From an uncultured Lentisphaerales bacterium (GTDB taxonomy: Bacteria > Verrucomicrobiota > Lentisphaeria > JABSQK01 > UBA12247), in NCBI GenBank assembly GCA_943788985.1, contig CALSSJ010000013.1, positions 32,001 through 96,000 on the forward strand: a stretch of 64,000 nt of DNA, read 5' to 3'. The notes under the pieces were generated by a model that worked only from the letters and a program-made list of their open reading frames with translations, was not told the origin of the DNA and ran no database searches. Positions 10,260 through 20,209 of the stretch are shown in pieces; the first letter of the stretch is position 1; every line of letters begins with the position of its first letter. A program made the position numbers and the translations under genes.

Positions 10260-10910
10260 ATGGCACAGCTGAAAACCACATTACTCGCAGTTCTCGTATG
10301 TATTGCCACAATGAGCCTAGTTTCTGGTTGCGGTAGTAAAGAAAAGCCAGCCGACACGCGAGCAAGCCAGACAGGTGATACTGGAGACGCTGCAGCTCAA
10401 GCAGAGGCCGTAGCCGCGAAGGCCCAGGCAGAATCCGAGGCGCTTGACGCTGCCGCAGAAGCCGTCGTACAGAAAGCCGTTCAGGAGGCAGCCGCAGCAA
10501 AGGCCAAGGCTGATGCGGAAGCGATGGCACGCAAGGCAGCTGCAGAAGTAGCTGCACAGAAAGCTGCCCAAGAGGCAGCCGCAGCAACGGCCGCGGAGGA
10601 GGCACGCAAGGCAGCTGCCGCTATCCAAGCAGCCGCTCTGAAAGCCGCACAGGGCAAGTACGATGGTGCACTCGCGGTCATCAATACGTATATTGCCAGC
10701 GGCGACTATCCAGCCGCGCTGAAGGGAATCCAGGACACTCTGTCGCTGTCGAATCTCTCCAACCCTCAGCAGAGTACGCTCAATACCCTCATGGGGACAG
10801 TCAAGGAGAAGATGGCTGCCGCTGCGCTCAAGGAAGCGGGCGTCGACGAAGCCACGCAGAAGGCCGCAACTGGCGCAGCCAAGGCCCTCGGCGGTTTGCT
10901 CAACAAGTAG
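10260..10910 (+). CDS. Ala/Lys/Glu-rich helical lipoprotein
   Basis: ATG 10260; lipobox LVSGC; repeated QKA(V/A)QEAAAA segments; downstream terminator. Confidence 0.8.
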   Translation: MAQLKTTLLAVLVCIATMSLVSGCGSKEKPADTRASQTGDTGDAAAQAEAVAAKAQAESEALDAAAEAVVQKAVQEAAAAKAKADAEAMARKAAAEVAAQKAAQEAAAATAAEEARKAAAAIQAAALKAAQGKYDGALAVINTYIASGDYPAALKGIQDTLSLSNLSNPQQSTLNTLMGTVKEKMAAAALKEAGVDEATQKAATGAAKALGGLLNK

Positions 10911-10935
10911 GGCTGCGACAAGGCTCTTCGATCAT

Positions 10936-10960
10936 GCCCCGCACTCGGCGGGGTTTGATT
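10936..10960 (+). terminator. Probable intrinsic terminator
   Basis: GCCCCGC-ACTCG-GCGGGGT followed by TTGATT. Confidence 0.5.
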
Positions 10961-11120
10961 GGAGCACGCCGGAGGTCGTCTAGCATCCTGGCGGACATAG
11001 CGTCGCCGGCTGCAAACCTCCTACATTTGCAATTTTTTCCAGCGATTGCGGTTACTCATTCACGATATGCGCCCTTCAGTCGCTGAAATCTGCACGACAT
11101 TGATACAATTTTTTGCTTCG

Positions 11121-11148
11121 TCGACGACAGACTGCTAGTCTGTATAAT
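11121..11148 (+). promoter_or_regulatory. Sigma70-type promoter with a palindrome overlapping the spacer
   Basis: Perfect TATAAT at 11143-11148; TCGACG 16 nt upstream; ACAGACT-GCT-AGTCTGT palindrome at 11127-11143. Confidence 0.45.
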
Positions 11149-11151
11149 TGA

Positions 11152-11311
11152 CGCGACTGGCTGCACCTCTGATCCGGAGTCACTAGGAATCAGTTTTCGC
11201 CAGCTAGATAAGTTTGTGGGAAGATACGAGGGCCTTTCGGTACTCCACAATACTGGCAACACCTCGCCGATGGCCACCGACGCAGGGCAGGGGAGTTGCC
11301 GAGCCAGCGCG
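11152..11311 (+). ncRNA. Candidate structured RNA (6S-like rod or cis-regulatory leader) upstream of the cytochrome c assembly gene and hemA
   Basis: Starts just after TATAAT. Closing stem 11152-11162/11302-11311 extended by CCTCTG/CAGGGG, a central bubble, then GCCAG/CTGGC and TTGTGGG/TCCACAA terminal stems. Confidence 0.45.
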
Positions 11312-11355
11312 CCTGAGTAGCGTTTGCTGTCCACAATCACCACAGGCTGACTGAT

Positions 11356-12165
11356 ATGCTCGATTATTTGTTCTACGCCTCGCTGCCTTTCGCCTTGGTG
11401 GGCTTGATTGCCTACGGAGTCTTTGGTTCCAATGGCAACGAGCGCATCTTCCGGGTGGCCGCGATGTGCTCGGTTGTTTCGTTTGCTCTGCTGTCTGGAG
11501 CCCTCATCCTGCTTGTCATTCAGCAAGGGACACAGCTGGTCGCCAATTCTGTGGCACGCTACGTCCTGGCTGCCTGGTTCTCGATGTTGGTGAACCTGAT
11601 TGCGGTGCATCGTTTCGGCGTGCGGCTGCTTGGTGCCATCGTCATGCCGGTCTCCTTCCTGTTGCTGTTGCATGCCGTGTTCACGGCGCAAGACCCCATA
11701 CCCACACTGGCGCACGTGCAAGGCCTTCCGGTGTACCTGCATATCATTTTCGTCTTCCTCGGGCTGGCATTAGTCTTGGTCGCGTTCGGCGCTGCGATGC
11801 TGCGGATCTGGAAAGCACGAAATCTGAAGGGCCATCGCCTCGATGATCGCCTTCCCTCTCTGGCTACCTTAGATCGGCAAATGGCGGTGGCCTTCGATGG
11901 TGGTTTTCTGCTGTTGACGCTGGGGGTCTTGCTTGGGTTTGCCTCTGGCTGGATGTGGGATGCGAAAGTCGTGACAGCAGCGATGATTTGGGCCGTTTAT
12001 GCCGGGGTGTTTGTTGCGCACCACTTAGGCCAGTTAGGGTTTGGCGGACTCGCACGGTCGGTCGTTGCACTGTTCCTTGGCATCTCGCTGTCGTTCGTCT
12101 TCGCAGGGCATAGCGATCAGCAGGGCCAGCAGGAAATGCCTGCGGAACAGTCGGAAGCGCCATGA
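11356..12165 (+). CDS. Cytochrome c assembly family membrane protein (CcsA/HemX-like)
   Basis: About 8 TM segments; LHIIFVFLG, LPSLATLDR and WDAKVVTAAMIWAVY motifs; coupled to hemA by an ATGA overlap. Confidence 0.82.
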   Translation: MLDYLFYASLPFALVGLIAYGVFGSNGNERIFRVAAMCSVVSFALLSGALILLVIQQGTQLVANSVARYVLAAWFSMLVNLIAVHRFGVRLLGAIVMPVSFLLLLHAVFTAQDPIPTLAHVQGLPVYLHIIFVFLGLALVLVAFGAAMLRIWKARNLKGHRLDDRLPSLATLDRQMAVAFDGGFLLLTLGVLLGFASGWMWDAKVVTAAMIWAVYAGVFVAHHLGQLGFGGLARSVVALFLGISLSFVFAGHSDQQGQQEMPAEQSEAP

Positions 12166-13418
12166 TCCCATATGTCGTCGGACTCAACCATGAGCATGCA
12201 GGTGTTGAAGTCCGTGAGAAGCTTGCGTTTTCGGACAGCAAAAAGACCTCGGTCGGACGCGAAATTCGTGCTGCGATCGGCGAGGTGGTGGTCGTTTGTA
12301 CCTGCAACCGCACGGAAATATTTGGCCTTGCCGTCGACGCTGGTGGGGTGAATAGGGCAGGGCAGTTGTTGGGCCAAGCTGCCGATTTTTCTGACGAGAT
12401 GCGCGCGAACATGTTTTACACGCACACTGGCGACGCAGCACTCGAGCACGTCTATCGGGTAGCAGCGGGCCTCGAGTCAATGGTGATCGGAGAGCCTCAG
12501 ATTCTGGGACAGATCAAGGATGCGTTTACGCATGCCGAGGAAGTCAAAATTAGCGCTGATGTCATGGGCAAAATCCAGCAGCATTTACTGGAGACCGTGA
12601 AGCGGGCGCGCCATGAGTCGCGCGTGGGCTTCGGCCAGGTTTCAATCAGCACACTCGCTGTACAACTGGCACGTGACATCTTCGAGTGCCTCGCGGACAA
12701 GACCATTACCTTGGTCGGCGCGGGTGAGATGGCTGAACTCGCCGCCCAGCATTTCGCGGCGGCTGGCGGGCGTATCGTCGTCGTCAACAGAAGTGAGGAG
12801 CGAGGCCAAGCGCTGGCGGGCCGATTTAACGGGTCGTATCGACCATGGGAATCTCTAGGCGCGAGCCTGAGCCAGGCCGATGTGGTGGTTTGTTCAACGG
12901 CAAGCGAGGAGCCGGTTTTGACCCGAGAGCTCGTCGCCGGTGCTATGCGCCGACGGAAGACGCCGCTTTTCGTCATCGACATTGCCATCCCCCGTGATGT
13001 GGCGGCAGACGTCAGCGATCTGCGCGAAGTCTATGTCTATAATCTGGATGACCTACAGAAGTTGATCGCAGAAAACCAGCAGCGGCGACAGGAGTGCGCC
13101 GCGATTGCCTCGCGAATCATCCGTGAGGCGCTAGCCAAGGGTTCACCGCTTGCTTCTGACATCGTCGGGCCGGTCATCTCGTCGCTCCGCTCGCGGGTGA
13201 GCAGCGTCAGCGATGGAGAGCTTGCGCGCCTGTTTCAGAAGCATCCGGATTGGAACGAGCGCGAACGTGAGGCCGTCCGGCAAGCTGTGACCAGAATCAC
13301 AAACAAGGTGCTTCATGATCCGATCATCGCGCTGCGAAGTGATTCATCAGGCGAAAGCCATCAGCGATCGACGTTGCTGGTGAACTTTAAGCGGTTCTTC
13401 AATTTGGACGACGGCTAG
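12162..13418 (+). CDS. hemA: Glutamyl-tRNA reductase
   Basis: VGLNH...VREKLAF, catalytic TCNRTE, GLESMVIGEPQILGQIK, GAGEMA and DIAIPRDV. Confidence 0.97.
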   Translation: MIPYVVGLNHEHAGVEVREKLAFSDSKKTSVGREIRAAIGEVVVVCTCNRTEIFGLAVDAGGVNRAGQLLGQAADFSDEMRANMFYTHTGDAALEHVYRVAAGLESMVIGEPQILGQIKDAFTHAEEVKISADVMGKIQQHLLETVKRARHESRVGFGQVSISTLAVQLARDIFECLADKTITLVGAGEMAELAAQHFAAAGGRIVVVNRSEERGQALAGRFNGSYRPWESLGASLSQADVVVCSTASEEPVLTRELVAGAMRRRKTPLFVIDIAIPRDVAADVSDLREVYVYNLDDLQKLIAENQQRRQECAAIASRIIREALAKGSPLASDIVGPVISSLRSRVSSVSDGELARLFQKHPDWNEREREAVRQAVTRITNKVLHDPIIALRSDSSGESHQRSTLLVNFKRFFNLDDG

Positions 13419-13537
13419 CAGAAGCCGCTGGTCATGGCAGCAGATCCTGGGCTTGGTCCGCGAGTTGCGAATTCCTCGAGGATGCGCCGGCTCCGCAGAA
13501 CGAAGCTATTCTGCGCCAATCGGGAAACTGCCGCTGG

Positions 13538-13614
13538 TTCTCGACAGGTTATCAACAGTCGATGTTTGCAGACTTGTCAACAGGCAGCTTAAGTTCCATC
13601 ATATCAATGACTTA
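13538..13614 (+). promoter_or_regulatory. Cluster of DnaA-box-like 9-mers plus an IHF consensus site
   Basis: TTCTCGACA 13538, TTATCAACA 13549, TTGTCAACA 13574, all in one orientation; TATCAATGACTTA 13602-13614 matches WATCAANNNNTTR exactly. Confidence 0.45.
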
Positions 13615-13647
13615 GGTTGATTAAATGAACTCCATCGCCGAACCTCA

Positions 13648-13675
13648 ATTAAACATAACATATATTATGCGACGT
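13648..13675 (-). other. dif: dif site (XerC/XerD chromosome dimer resolution)
   Basis: Minus strand ACGTCGCATAA-TATATG-TTATGTTTAAT versus E. coli GGTGCGCATAA-TGTATA-TTATGTTAAAT; intergenic; KOPS polarity flips here. Confidence 0.9.
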
Positions 13676-13832
13676 AGCAATGAGAACCCGCTAGGCGTCT
13701 TGGGCTACTCGCTTTTCATTTTCACGGTCCTAAGGTGTCCAGACGTTCTAAACCTGACCTTGGAGATTCGCGCTGTAAGAATCCACGGGCTCCGGTTTAG
13801 TGTTCAGCAGTTCATCAGCAAGGGATTTTGTC

Positions 13833-14654
13833 ATGAGTAAGTTGCGTCTTAATCTGTTGCTCCTTGGCTGGCTGGTAAGCCTGTGGGCAACGTCTGCCCA
13901 GGAATCAATCCGCTATAGCGTGCTTTACTATCCGTACGACGTGTCGCAGGAGCGAGCGATTGCGCGGCCGCATCCTGATTATTCGGGGTGGCCCGACACT
14001 CGCATGACCCGCGATATCGAGCGCATTGCCAGATCAGGGATTCAAGAGATTATCGTCTTCTACCAGCCAGATGAAGTGCGCGACAAGGAGCGCCTGTCGC
14101 GGCTGCGACGCTTTCACGAGCTTGCCTCCGTACAAAAGGGCCTGCTCGTGCAAGTGGTCGTGAATTGCGCAGGGATTCCTTTGGCTGGGTATGAGAGCTT
14201 TCTCAATCGCTTGGCGGCTCTAAATCTGCAAGGTTTTAGCAGTACAGCCCAGCAGCAACGCAAGCCTGTCCTGATGCTGCGTGATGCCGGCCATCTGAAA
14301 CTGGTTAGTCACCCGGCACTCAGAATGGAGACCTATCCTTGGACTCGTGCCTTTGAGTCGAAGCGAGTGGCAGGCGCGCTGGTCAGCGGAGAGCACAACG
14401 ACGGCGGGATCGTGATCCCGGTGGCACGCATTGACACCGAGCAATGGGCACAAGGCAAGGAAGTGTGGCTGATCAAACGCCGCCGCGCGCGGGCGCTGAT
14501 CCGCAGCCTGAAGGGAGCCCAGGAACTGGGCTTCACACGCGTGATCCTGGACAGCTGGAACAACTACCGGACGGGGAGCTTTCTCGAGCCCAATCTGCTC
14601 GATGGGGACACCGTCCTACAGGCGCTGCGGAAGCATCTTGGCCTTGAGGAATAG
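13833..14654 (+). CDS. Secreted protein, glycoside hydrolase GH99/GH71-like TIM barrel
   Basis: Signal peptide; VLYYPY, RDIERIARSGI and ILDSWNNYRTGSFLEP (SWNEW.EG..IEP-like, with the catalytic Glu positions altered). Confidence 0.55.
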   Translation: MSKLRLNLLLLGWLVSLWATSAQESIRYSVLYYPYDVSQERAIARPHPDYSGWPDTRMTRDIERIARSGIQEIIVFYQPDEVRDKERLSRLRRFHELASVQKGLLVQVVVNCAGIPLAGYESFLNRLAALNLQGFSSTAQQQRKPVLMLRDAGHLKLVSHPALRMETYPWTRAFESKRVAGALVSGEHNDGGIVIPVARIDTEQWAQGKEVWLIKRRRARALIRSLKGAQELGFTRVILDSWNNYRTGSFLEPNLLDGDTVLQALRKHLGLEE

Positions 14655-14669
14655 GCTCCCTCCCCTACC

Positions 14670-16508
14670 GTGAGTGTCATTCGCATACTGCCGGAAGAGG
14701 TCAGCAACCGCATTGCTGCGGGGGAAGTCGTGGAGCGACCAGCCTCGGTCGTCAAGGAGCTCGCAGAAAATGCCCTTGATGCCGGTGCCGGCCGCATCGC
14801 GATCCAGATCCAACGAGGTGGCCGGAGCCTGATCCGTGTGATCGACAACGGCTGCGGCATGGATGCGGAAGACGCCCAGCTATGCCTGGAGGCGCATGCT
14901 ACCAGCAAACTCAAAACGGCGGATGATATCTCGCAGATCGCGACGATGGGGTTTCGCGGAGAGGCCATTCCCAGTATTGCCTCGGTCAGCCGATTCGCAC
15001 TGCAGACACGCACGGTGAGCAACGATGTGGGGGTGGAACTCTCTGTAGCTGGTGGCGTACTGGAGGACTTGGTGGATTGCGGTTGCGCCCCGGGGACTTC
15101 TGTGACCGTGCGGAATTTGTTCTACAATGTACCAGCGCGCCAGAAGTTTCTACGGGCGATTCGCACCGAGGAAACCCACATCGAAGCCCTAGTAGTGATG
15201 CTGGCGCTTTCACATCCTGACGTGGCTTTTCAACTGACGTTCGATGGCCGCGTGATTATCGATGTGCATAAGAACACCGATCTGGCTACGCGCGTGCACC
15301 TGCTGCTGGGACGAGACCTCTCGGACGTCTTGCTCCCGGTGGACTTTCAGGAACTTGCCGTCCGGGTGCATGGCTTTGTGGCCCGACCTGGGTTAACCCG
15401 GAGCTCTCGGAAGGAGCAGCGCACGTTTGTGAATGGCCGGCCAGTTGAGGCCCGGGCCATCTATGCGGGTATCCGAGATGCGTACCACACTCTCGTCACC
15501 AAGGGGCGCTATCCGCCGGTCGTTCTGTTCGTCGAGCTCCCGCCTGAGCAGGTTGATATCAACGTGCATCCGGCTAAGCGCGAGGTTCGTTTTTTCAACG
15601 ATCGCATCGTGACGCAGACGGTTTGCACTGGAGTTCAACGCTCACTTCGGGCTCTGGTCACCACCCCTGACTTCTTACCCGGACCTGCGGTGCAGGCACC
15701 GCAGGCTGCCACGAGTTCCCCTCCCGAGGCTGCTCCCGCTGCGGCAGGAGCTCTGGGAGTTTCGCCCCCCGGCCCGACAGCACCGCAACCGAGGGCACCA
15801 GTCACAGTTCCCCTTCCGCGAATCCCCTCCCCTGCGCCACACCAACCAGACCTACCCCGCCCGCCGGCATCATCCCGGTCGGCGACTGCTCTGCCGGTAG
15901 GCCCGCAGCCGGGTAGTGCCGCTAGTGGAGAGCTCAAGGCGCTCACAACGGTAGGGCGTCTGGGACGGTCGCTGGTTCTGGCTGAAGGCAAGGATGGTCT
16001 GGTCGTGCTCGATGTCCGTGCTGCCCATGAACGCATCGTCTTTGAGCGCATGCTCGAAGGCTTGGGAGAGGCCCAGGCACCATCCCAGGGACTGCTTATC
16101 CCTTTGACCATAGATCTGACGCCAGCTGACTCGCGGACACTGGGACGTAACATGCAAGAATTGGAACGCCTGGGGTTTGCCATCGAGGAAATCAGCGGCA
16201 ATAGTTTTCTGGTTTCCGCGGTGCCAACCTTGTTTCCCAATGAGAATTTGCATGGCATGCTGCGCGAAATCCTGGATGAATTGGCGGAAGAATCAGCCAA
16301 GCGGAAACGCGGAGATGAACGGCGCGTGGCGCGCATTGCCTGTCGAGCAGCAGCCGGTGCCCGGGGGGATTTCAGCGATGAGGAAGTGCAGGTGCTGATG
16401 GCCGATTTGCTCAAAACCCAGATGCCCTACACGTGCCCAGCTGGACGTCCTACCATGATCAGTATATCAAATCGAGAGTTGGAGCGTAGATTTGGACGTC
16501 AGCTATGA
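14670..16508 (+). CDS. mutL: DNA mismatch repair protein MutL
   Basis: NRIAAGEVVERPASVVKEL, DNGCGM, GFRGEA, DINVHPAKREVRF, Pro-rich linker and C-terminal domain. Confidence 0.97.
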   Translation: MSVIRILPEEVSNRIAAGEVVERPASVVKELAENALDAGAGRIAIQIQRGGRSLIRVIDNGCGMDAEDAQLCLEAHATSKLKTADDISQIATMGFRGEAIPSIASVSRFALQTRTVSNDVGVELSVAGGVLEDLVDCGCAPGTSVTVRNLFYNVPARQKFLRAIRTEETHIEALVVMLALSHPDVAFQLTFDGRVIIDVHKNTDLATRVHLLLGRDLSDVLLPVDFQELAVRVHGFVARPGLTRSSRKEQRTFVNGRPVEARAIYAGIRDAYHTLVTKGRYPPVVLFVELPPEQVDINVHPAKREVRFFNDRIVTQTVCTGVQRSLRALVTTPDFLPGPAVQAPQAATSSPPEAAPAAAGALGVSPPGPTAPQPRAPVTVPLPRIPSPAPHQPDLPRPPASSRSATALPVGPQPGSAASGELKALTTVGRLGRSLVLAEGKDGLVVLDVRAAHERIVFERMLEGLGEAQAPSQGLLIPLTIDLTPADSRTLGRNMQELERLGFAIEEISGNSFLVSAVPTLFPNENLHGMLREILDELAEESAKRKRGDERRVARIACRAAAGARGDFSDEEVQVLMADLLKTQMPYTCPAGRPTMISISNRELERRFGRQL

Positions 16509-16527
16509 AGCCGCCCCGGTGTCAACG

Positions 16528-16896
16528 ATGAGTGTTCGTCTTCTTCCGTTTCTTGTCATTAGCGTGCTGCTTTTTGGCTGTCTGCATGTCGAGCCCCGGT
16601 CGCCCGGTGATCTTCTGCACCATGTCGTTCTCTGCTGGCTTCATGACAGTGGAAATTCAGCGCAACAGGCCGCTATTATTGAGACTTCGCGCACCTTTTC
16701 CCAGATCCCTGGCGTGGTCTCGGTGACTGCTGGTGAGATGGTTCCCAGCTCACGTGCGCTGGTCGATAGCAGCTTCGATGTCGGGATTTGCCTGACGTTC
16801 AGGAACCAGGCAGACCTCGATACCTGTCTGACGCATCCGCTGCACCTGGCTGCGGTTAAGACCGTGCTTAGGCCCATCGTGTCGAAACGTGTATGA
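16528..16896 (+). CDS. Dabb (stress-responsive A/B barrel) lipoprotein; last codons appear frameshifted
   Basis: LFGC lipobox, HHVVLCWL, IPGV, VDSSFDVG and HPLH; the family-typical VYDF end lies in another frame (stop about 16912). Confidence 0.8.
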   Translation: MSVRLLPFLVISVLLFGCLHVEPRSPGDLLHHVVLCWLHDSGNSAQQAAIIETSRTFSQIPGVVSVTAGEMVPSSRALVDSSFDVGICLTFRNQADLDTCLTHPLHLAAVKTVLRPIVSKRV

Positions 16897-19129
16897 TTTT
16901 GGCGGAAAGTGATACAGATTCGCGGCAGCCGTGGGTGCCAGCTCAGCGGTACCTGATCGGCAGAGTCATCGCTAAAGACGATATCTGGGGCCTGTATGAG
17001 GCCGAGGAGACTCCCTCCGGGCGCACCGTGGTGGTCAAAGTCTGCCACTCTAAAAACGAAGCCCACATTGAACGCTTTCGCACGAAGCAGAATACGATCG
17101 CGCTGCTTGATCATCCCGGTGTCGCCCCGATCCATTCAACAGGCATTTCACCAGAGGGCGAGCCCTTCTATGCCACGAAGTTTCTCGACGGCATGAGCAT
17201 GCGGCGGGTTCTTGCCGATTTGCGCAATGGCCAGCAAAGTGCCATCAATGGCTACCCGCTCGTCCATCTCATCGAGGCTTTCCTCAAGGCCTGCGCTACA
17301 ATTCAGCATGCCCACACCCATGAGATTGTGCATGGCGCGCTGGACAGCCATCGCCTGCTACTGGGGCCGTGCGGTGAACTGACAGTCACTGGCTGGGGAC
17401 GAGCCGAACCTGACGCGGCCAAGACCGACGATATCCAGGCCCTTGGCAAGATTCTTTACGGGATCGTGACCCTCCAAGAGTATGTCGATGATTTCACCGC
17501 GCGCGGGATGATTCAGAATGTCGTCAGCGGCAGAATTCTCGGGCCAGCCTGCCACAACCAGCAGCTTCCGATAGCCGTGACCGTCGTCATCAGCGCCTCA
17601 CTGGGACTGGACCAGACGTACCGCTACTCTGACGTCGCGAGGTTGATCGAGGACATCGGAGGCTTCGTCGAGGGCAACGCCGATAGCGCCTTTACTCAAT
17701 CCGTATCCCATCCAGCGGAAGTAGATGCCCCCGAGACCTCCTATTGGCAGCTGGTCTGCGCCTGCGTCATCCTCATTCTTCTGGCTGCCATTGCCCAGCA
17801 GACCTATGTCCGGCACCAGGCCACGGCAAAGCTACATGAGTTTCAATCAGCCGTAGAGCAGGTTGCAGCGGAGCGTACTGAGAACGCGCCGAAGTTCCTC
17901 CAGAAGGCCGAGGAAGCGATCGTTCTGGGAGAGCTGGACCAGGCCTTGGTACAGCTTCGTGCGGCGCTCGATTACTCACCGAGTATGTCAGAGGCGCATC
18001 TACTCCTGGCCCAGATTGAAGCCGCTCGTCAGAACTTCCCCGGTGCCACGTCCGCCATTGAAAGCTGCCTACAAGTCGAGCCCGGTAACGCCGCGGCAGC
18101 GGCGCTCCGAGACAGCGTGCAGGCTCTCATTGCGACCGACACCGGCCAGCCATCTGCCGATCACCTTGAGCGCCTTGCAGCGCTGCTGGAAGCCCAAGAC
18201 CAGGAACTTCTAGCCCGACACTTCACGAAAGATATTTACGAGAAGCGCGAACGGGCCTTCGCCACCTTTCGCGCGGCCCATTCTGAGTACGCCGCACGGC
18301 TCACCGTCACCCAGCCTTCGGATCGCGCGACGCTGGATTTGTCCGGCACGCCCATTGAAGATCTCGCCATACTCCGGGACCTGCCGCTTTGGCAGCTGAT
18401 TCTCGACCATTCCAATGTCACCGATCTCACCCCCCTGCAGACCTTAAATCTCCACACCCTGTCACTGCGTGGCTCCAAAGTCACCGATCTGTCGCCTCTC
18501 GCTGGCATACCGCTGCGTAAGCTCACCGCAGCCGAGACCAAAGTCTCCAATATTCAGGCGTTGCGGAGTTCGCAAATCACGGACCTCAACCTGGCGGACA
18601 CGCGGGGTGCGAGACCTATCCCCCGCTGGAAGGACTCGAGCTGCAGATGCTTGTCTTGACCGGCGCGCCCGTCTCAGACCTGCGCCCCCTCGCAAACATC
18701 AAGCTACAGTTTCTGAATCTGGGTGACACCAGCGTCGTCGACCTGCGGCCGCTTGCTGGGATGCCCTTGGAGTTTCTGCGGACCTCATCCTTCGTCAAAG
18801 ACCTCTCGCCGCTGCGAGCGCTTCCGCTCAAGCAATTGAACATCAGCGGTGCGAAGATCGCAGATCTGAGCCCACTCCGAGACATGAGGCTGAACGCGCT
18901 AGTCGCAAACTACACCAATGTTGCGGACCTGAACCCGCTGCGCAATCACCCACTCCACTTGCTCCGCATCGAAGGCTCGAAAGTAACCGACCTGACGCCT
19001 ATTTTGAATCTTCCGCTGCAGACTCTGGTGTTTGAACCGGAACGGATCAAAGTGGGGCTTCAGGAAATCCGCGCTAAGAAGTCGCTGCGCCGTCTGGGCT
19101 GGAGTCAGCCTCTTGTTTTCGGCAGCTGA
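16893..19129 (+). CDS. Ser/Thr kinase-like (degenerate)-TM-TPR-leucine-rich-repeat protein, split by frameshifts at about 18603-18625
   Basis: LDHPGVAPIH kinase lobe, one TM, TPR-like helices and many DL(S/T)PLxx(M/L)PL repeats. Removing one G and one C from short runs joins the two ORFs (DTRVRDLSPLEGLELQMLVL). Confidence 0.82.
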
Positions 19130-19180
19130 GTTTTGGGAAGCGTTTGATCAAGGCCGTCGTATTGAGGAGGCACACCGCTA

Positions 19181-20077
19181 GTGACGAAAGAGTCCCTATT
19201 GGACCCGAAGGTATTGAGCCGTGTCAGCAATTATCCGTTGTTGGCCCGCACCACCGTGGAGGGCTTTATATCTGGCCTCCACCGCAGCCTTTATCATGGC
19301 TTTGGCAGTGAGTTTGTGCAGTATCGCCACTACATGCGTGGCGATGATCTCAAGTACTTAGATTGGAAAGTCCTGGCTCGTCAGGATAAGCTGCAGATCA
19401 AGGTCTTCCAAGAAGAGACCAACACCAACTGCTACGTGGTGCTGGACTGCAGCGCCTCCATGGCCTATGCCGGAGAGTCTGGGATCAGCAAGCTCCACTA
19501 TGGCTCAACGGTTGCGGCCGCCCTTGCCTACTTGGTGACTCGGCAGGGGGACAACATCGGCATGAGCGCCTATAGCGAGCAACTTCTGACTAGCATTCCG
19601 CCAGGGCACCGAAGCGGACAGTTCAACACCATCTGCGAAGAACTGGCCCGGCTCAAAGCGGCAGGAGCCTGTCAACACGCTGGCACCTTCGACCGTCTCG
19701 GCGAGAGCTTCTCCAGGCGTGGCCTTATCGTCCTCATCGGGGACTTCCTCGACCCCGATCCAGCCCTGCGCCAAGGAATCAGCCGGCTTCGCTTCAGTAA
19801 TCATGACTGCGTGCTGATCCAGATTTTACACGAGGACGAAGTAAACTTCTCATTCGACAAGACCATCCATTTTGTCGACAGCGAGACTCAGGAGGAGCTT
19901 ATCACTGCTCCGGAAGTGGTGCGCAAGCAATATCAGGAGGGCCTCCAGGCCGACCTTGACGACCTGCGCCGGTTCTGCCTCGCAAACGAGATCGACCACG
20001 TGCGCCTGCACACTGGCGAGCCTCTCGATGCCGCCTTGGCGACCTACCTCCATCGCCGAGAGCAGCACCGCAAATAG
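19181..20077 (+). CDS. DUF58 domain (vWA-like) protein
   Basis: GLHRS..HGFGSEFVQYRHY..GDDLKYLDWK, EETN and LDCSASM. Confidence 0.9.
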   Translation: MTKESLLDPKVLSRVSNYPLLARTTVEGFISGLHRSLYHGFGSEFVQYRHYMRGDDLKYLDWKVLARQDKLQIKVFQEETNTNCYVVLDCSASMAYAGESGISKLHYGSTVAAALAYLVTRQGDNIGMSAYSEQLLTSIPPGHRSGQFNTICEELARLKAAGACQHAGTFDRLGESFSRRGLIVLIGDFLDPDPALRQGISRLRFSNHDCVLIQILHEDEVNFSFDKTIHFVDSETQEELITAPEVVRKQYQEGLQADLDDLRRFCLANEIDHVRLHTGEPLDAALATYLHRREQHRK

Positions 20078-20209
20078 TCCCCTGCCCTGCGACTCTGGAC
20101 TGGCGATGCAGCCCGCCGGGGTTCACAGTCGCCGGATCAAGCTCGCCTTCAAAAAATAGCTCATCCGCAGGCCCCGTAGCACCGCAGTTCATAGAGCTTT
20201 GCGATCTCC

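Noticed and set aside
11150..11320. ZTP (pfl) or canonical cobalamin riboswitch
   Set aside because: GACTGGC and CGCCTG-like pieces are present, but the pseudoknot complement and the cobalamin T-loop/ACTGT core are missing.
13500..13700. oriC
   Set aside because: Despite DnaA-like boxes and an IHF site, the dif match, converging KOPS and skew direction indicate the terminus; no dnaA, dnaN or gidA nearby.
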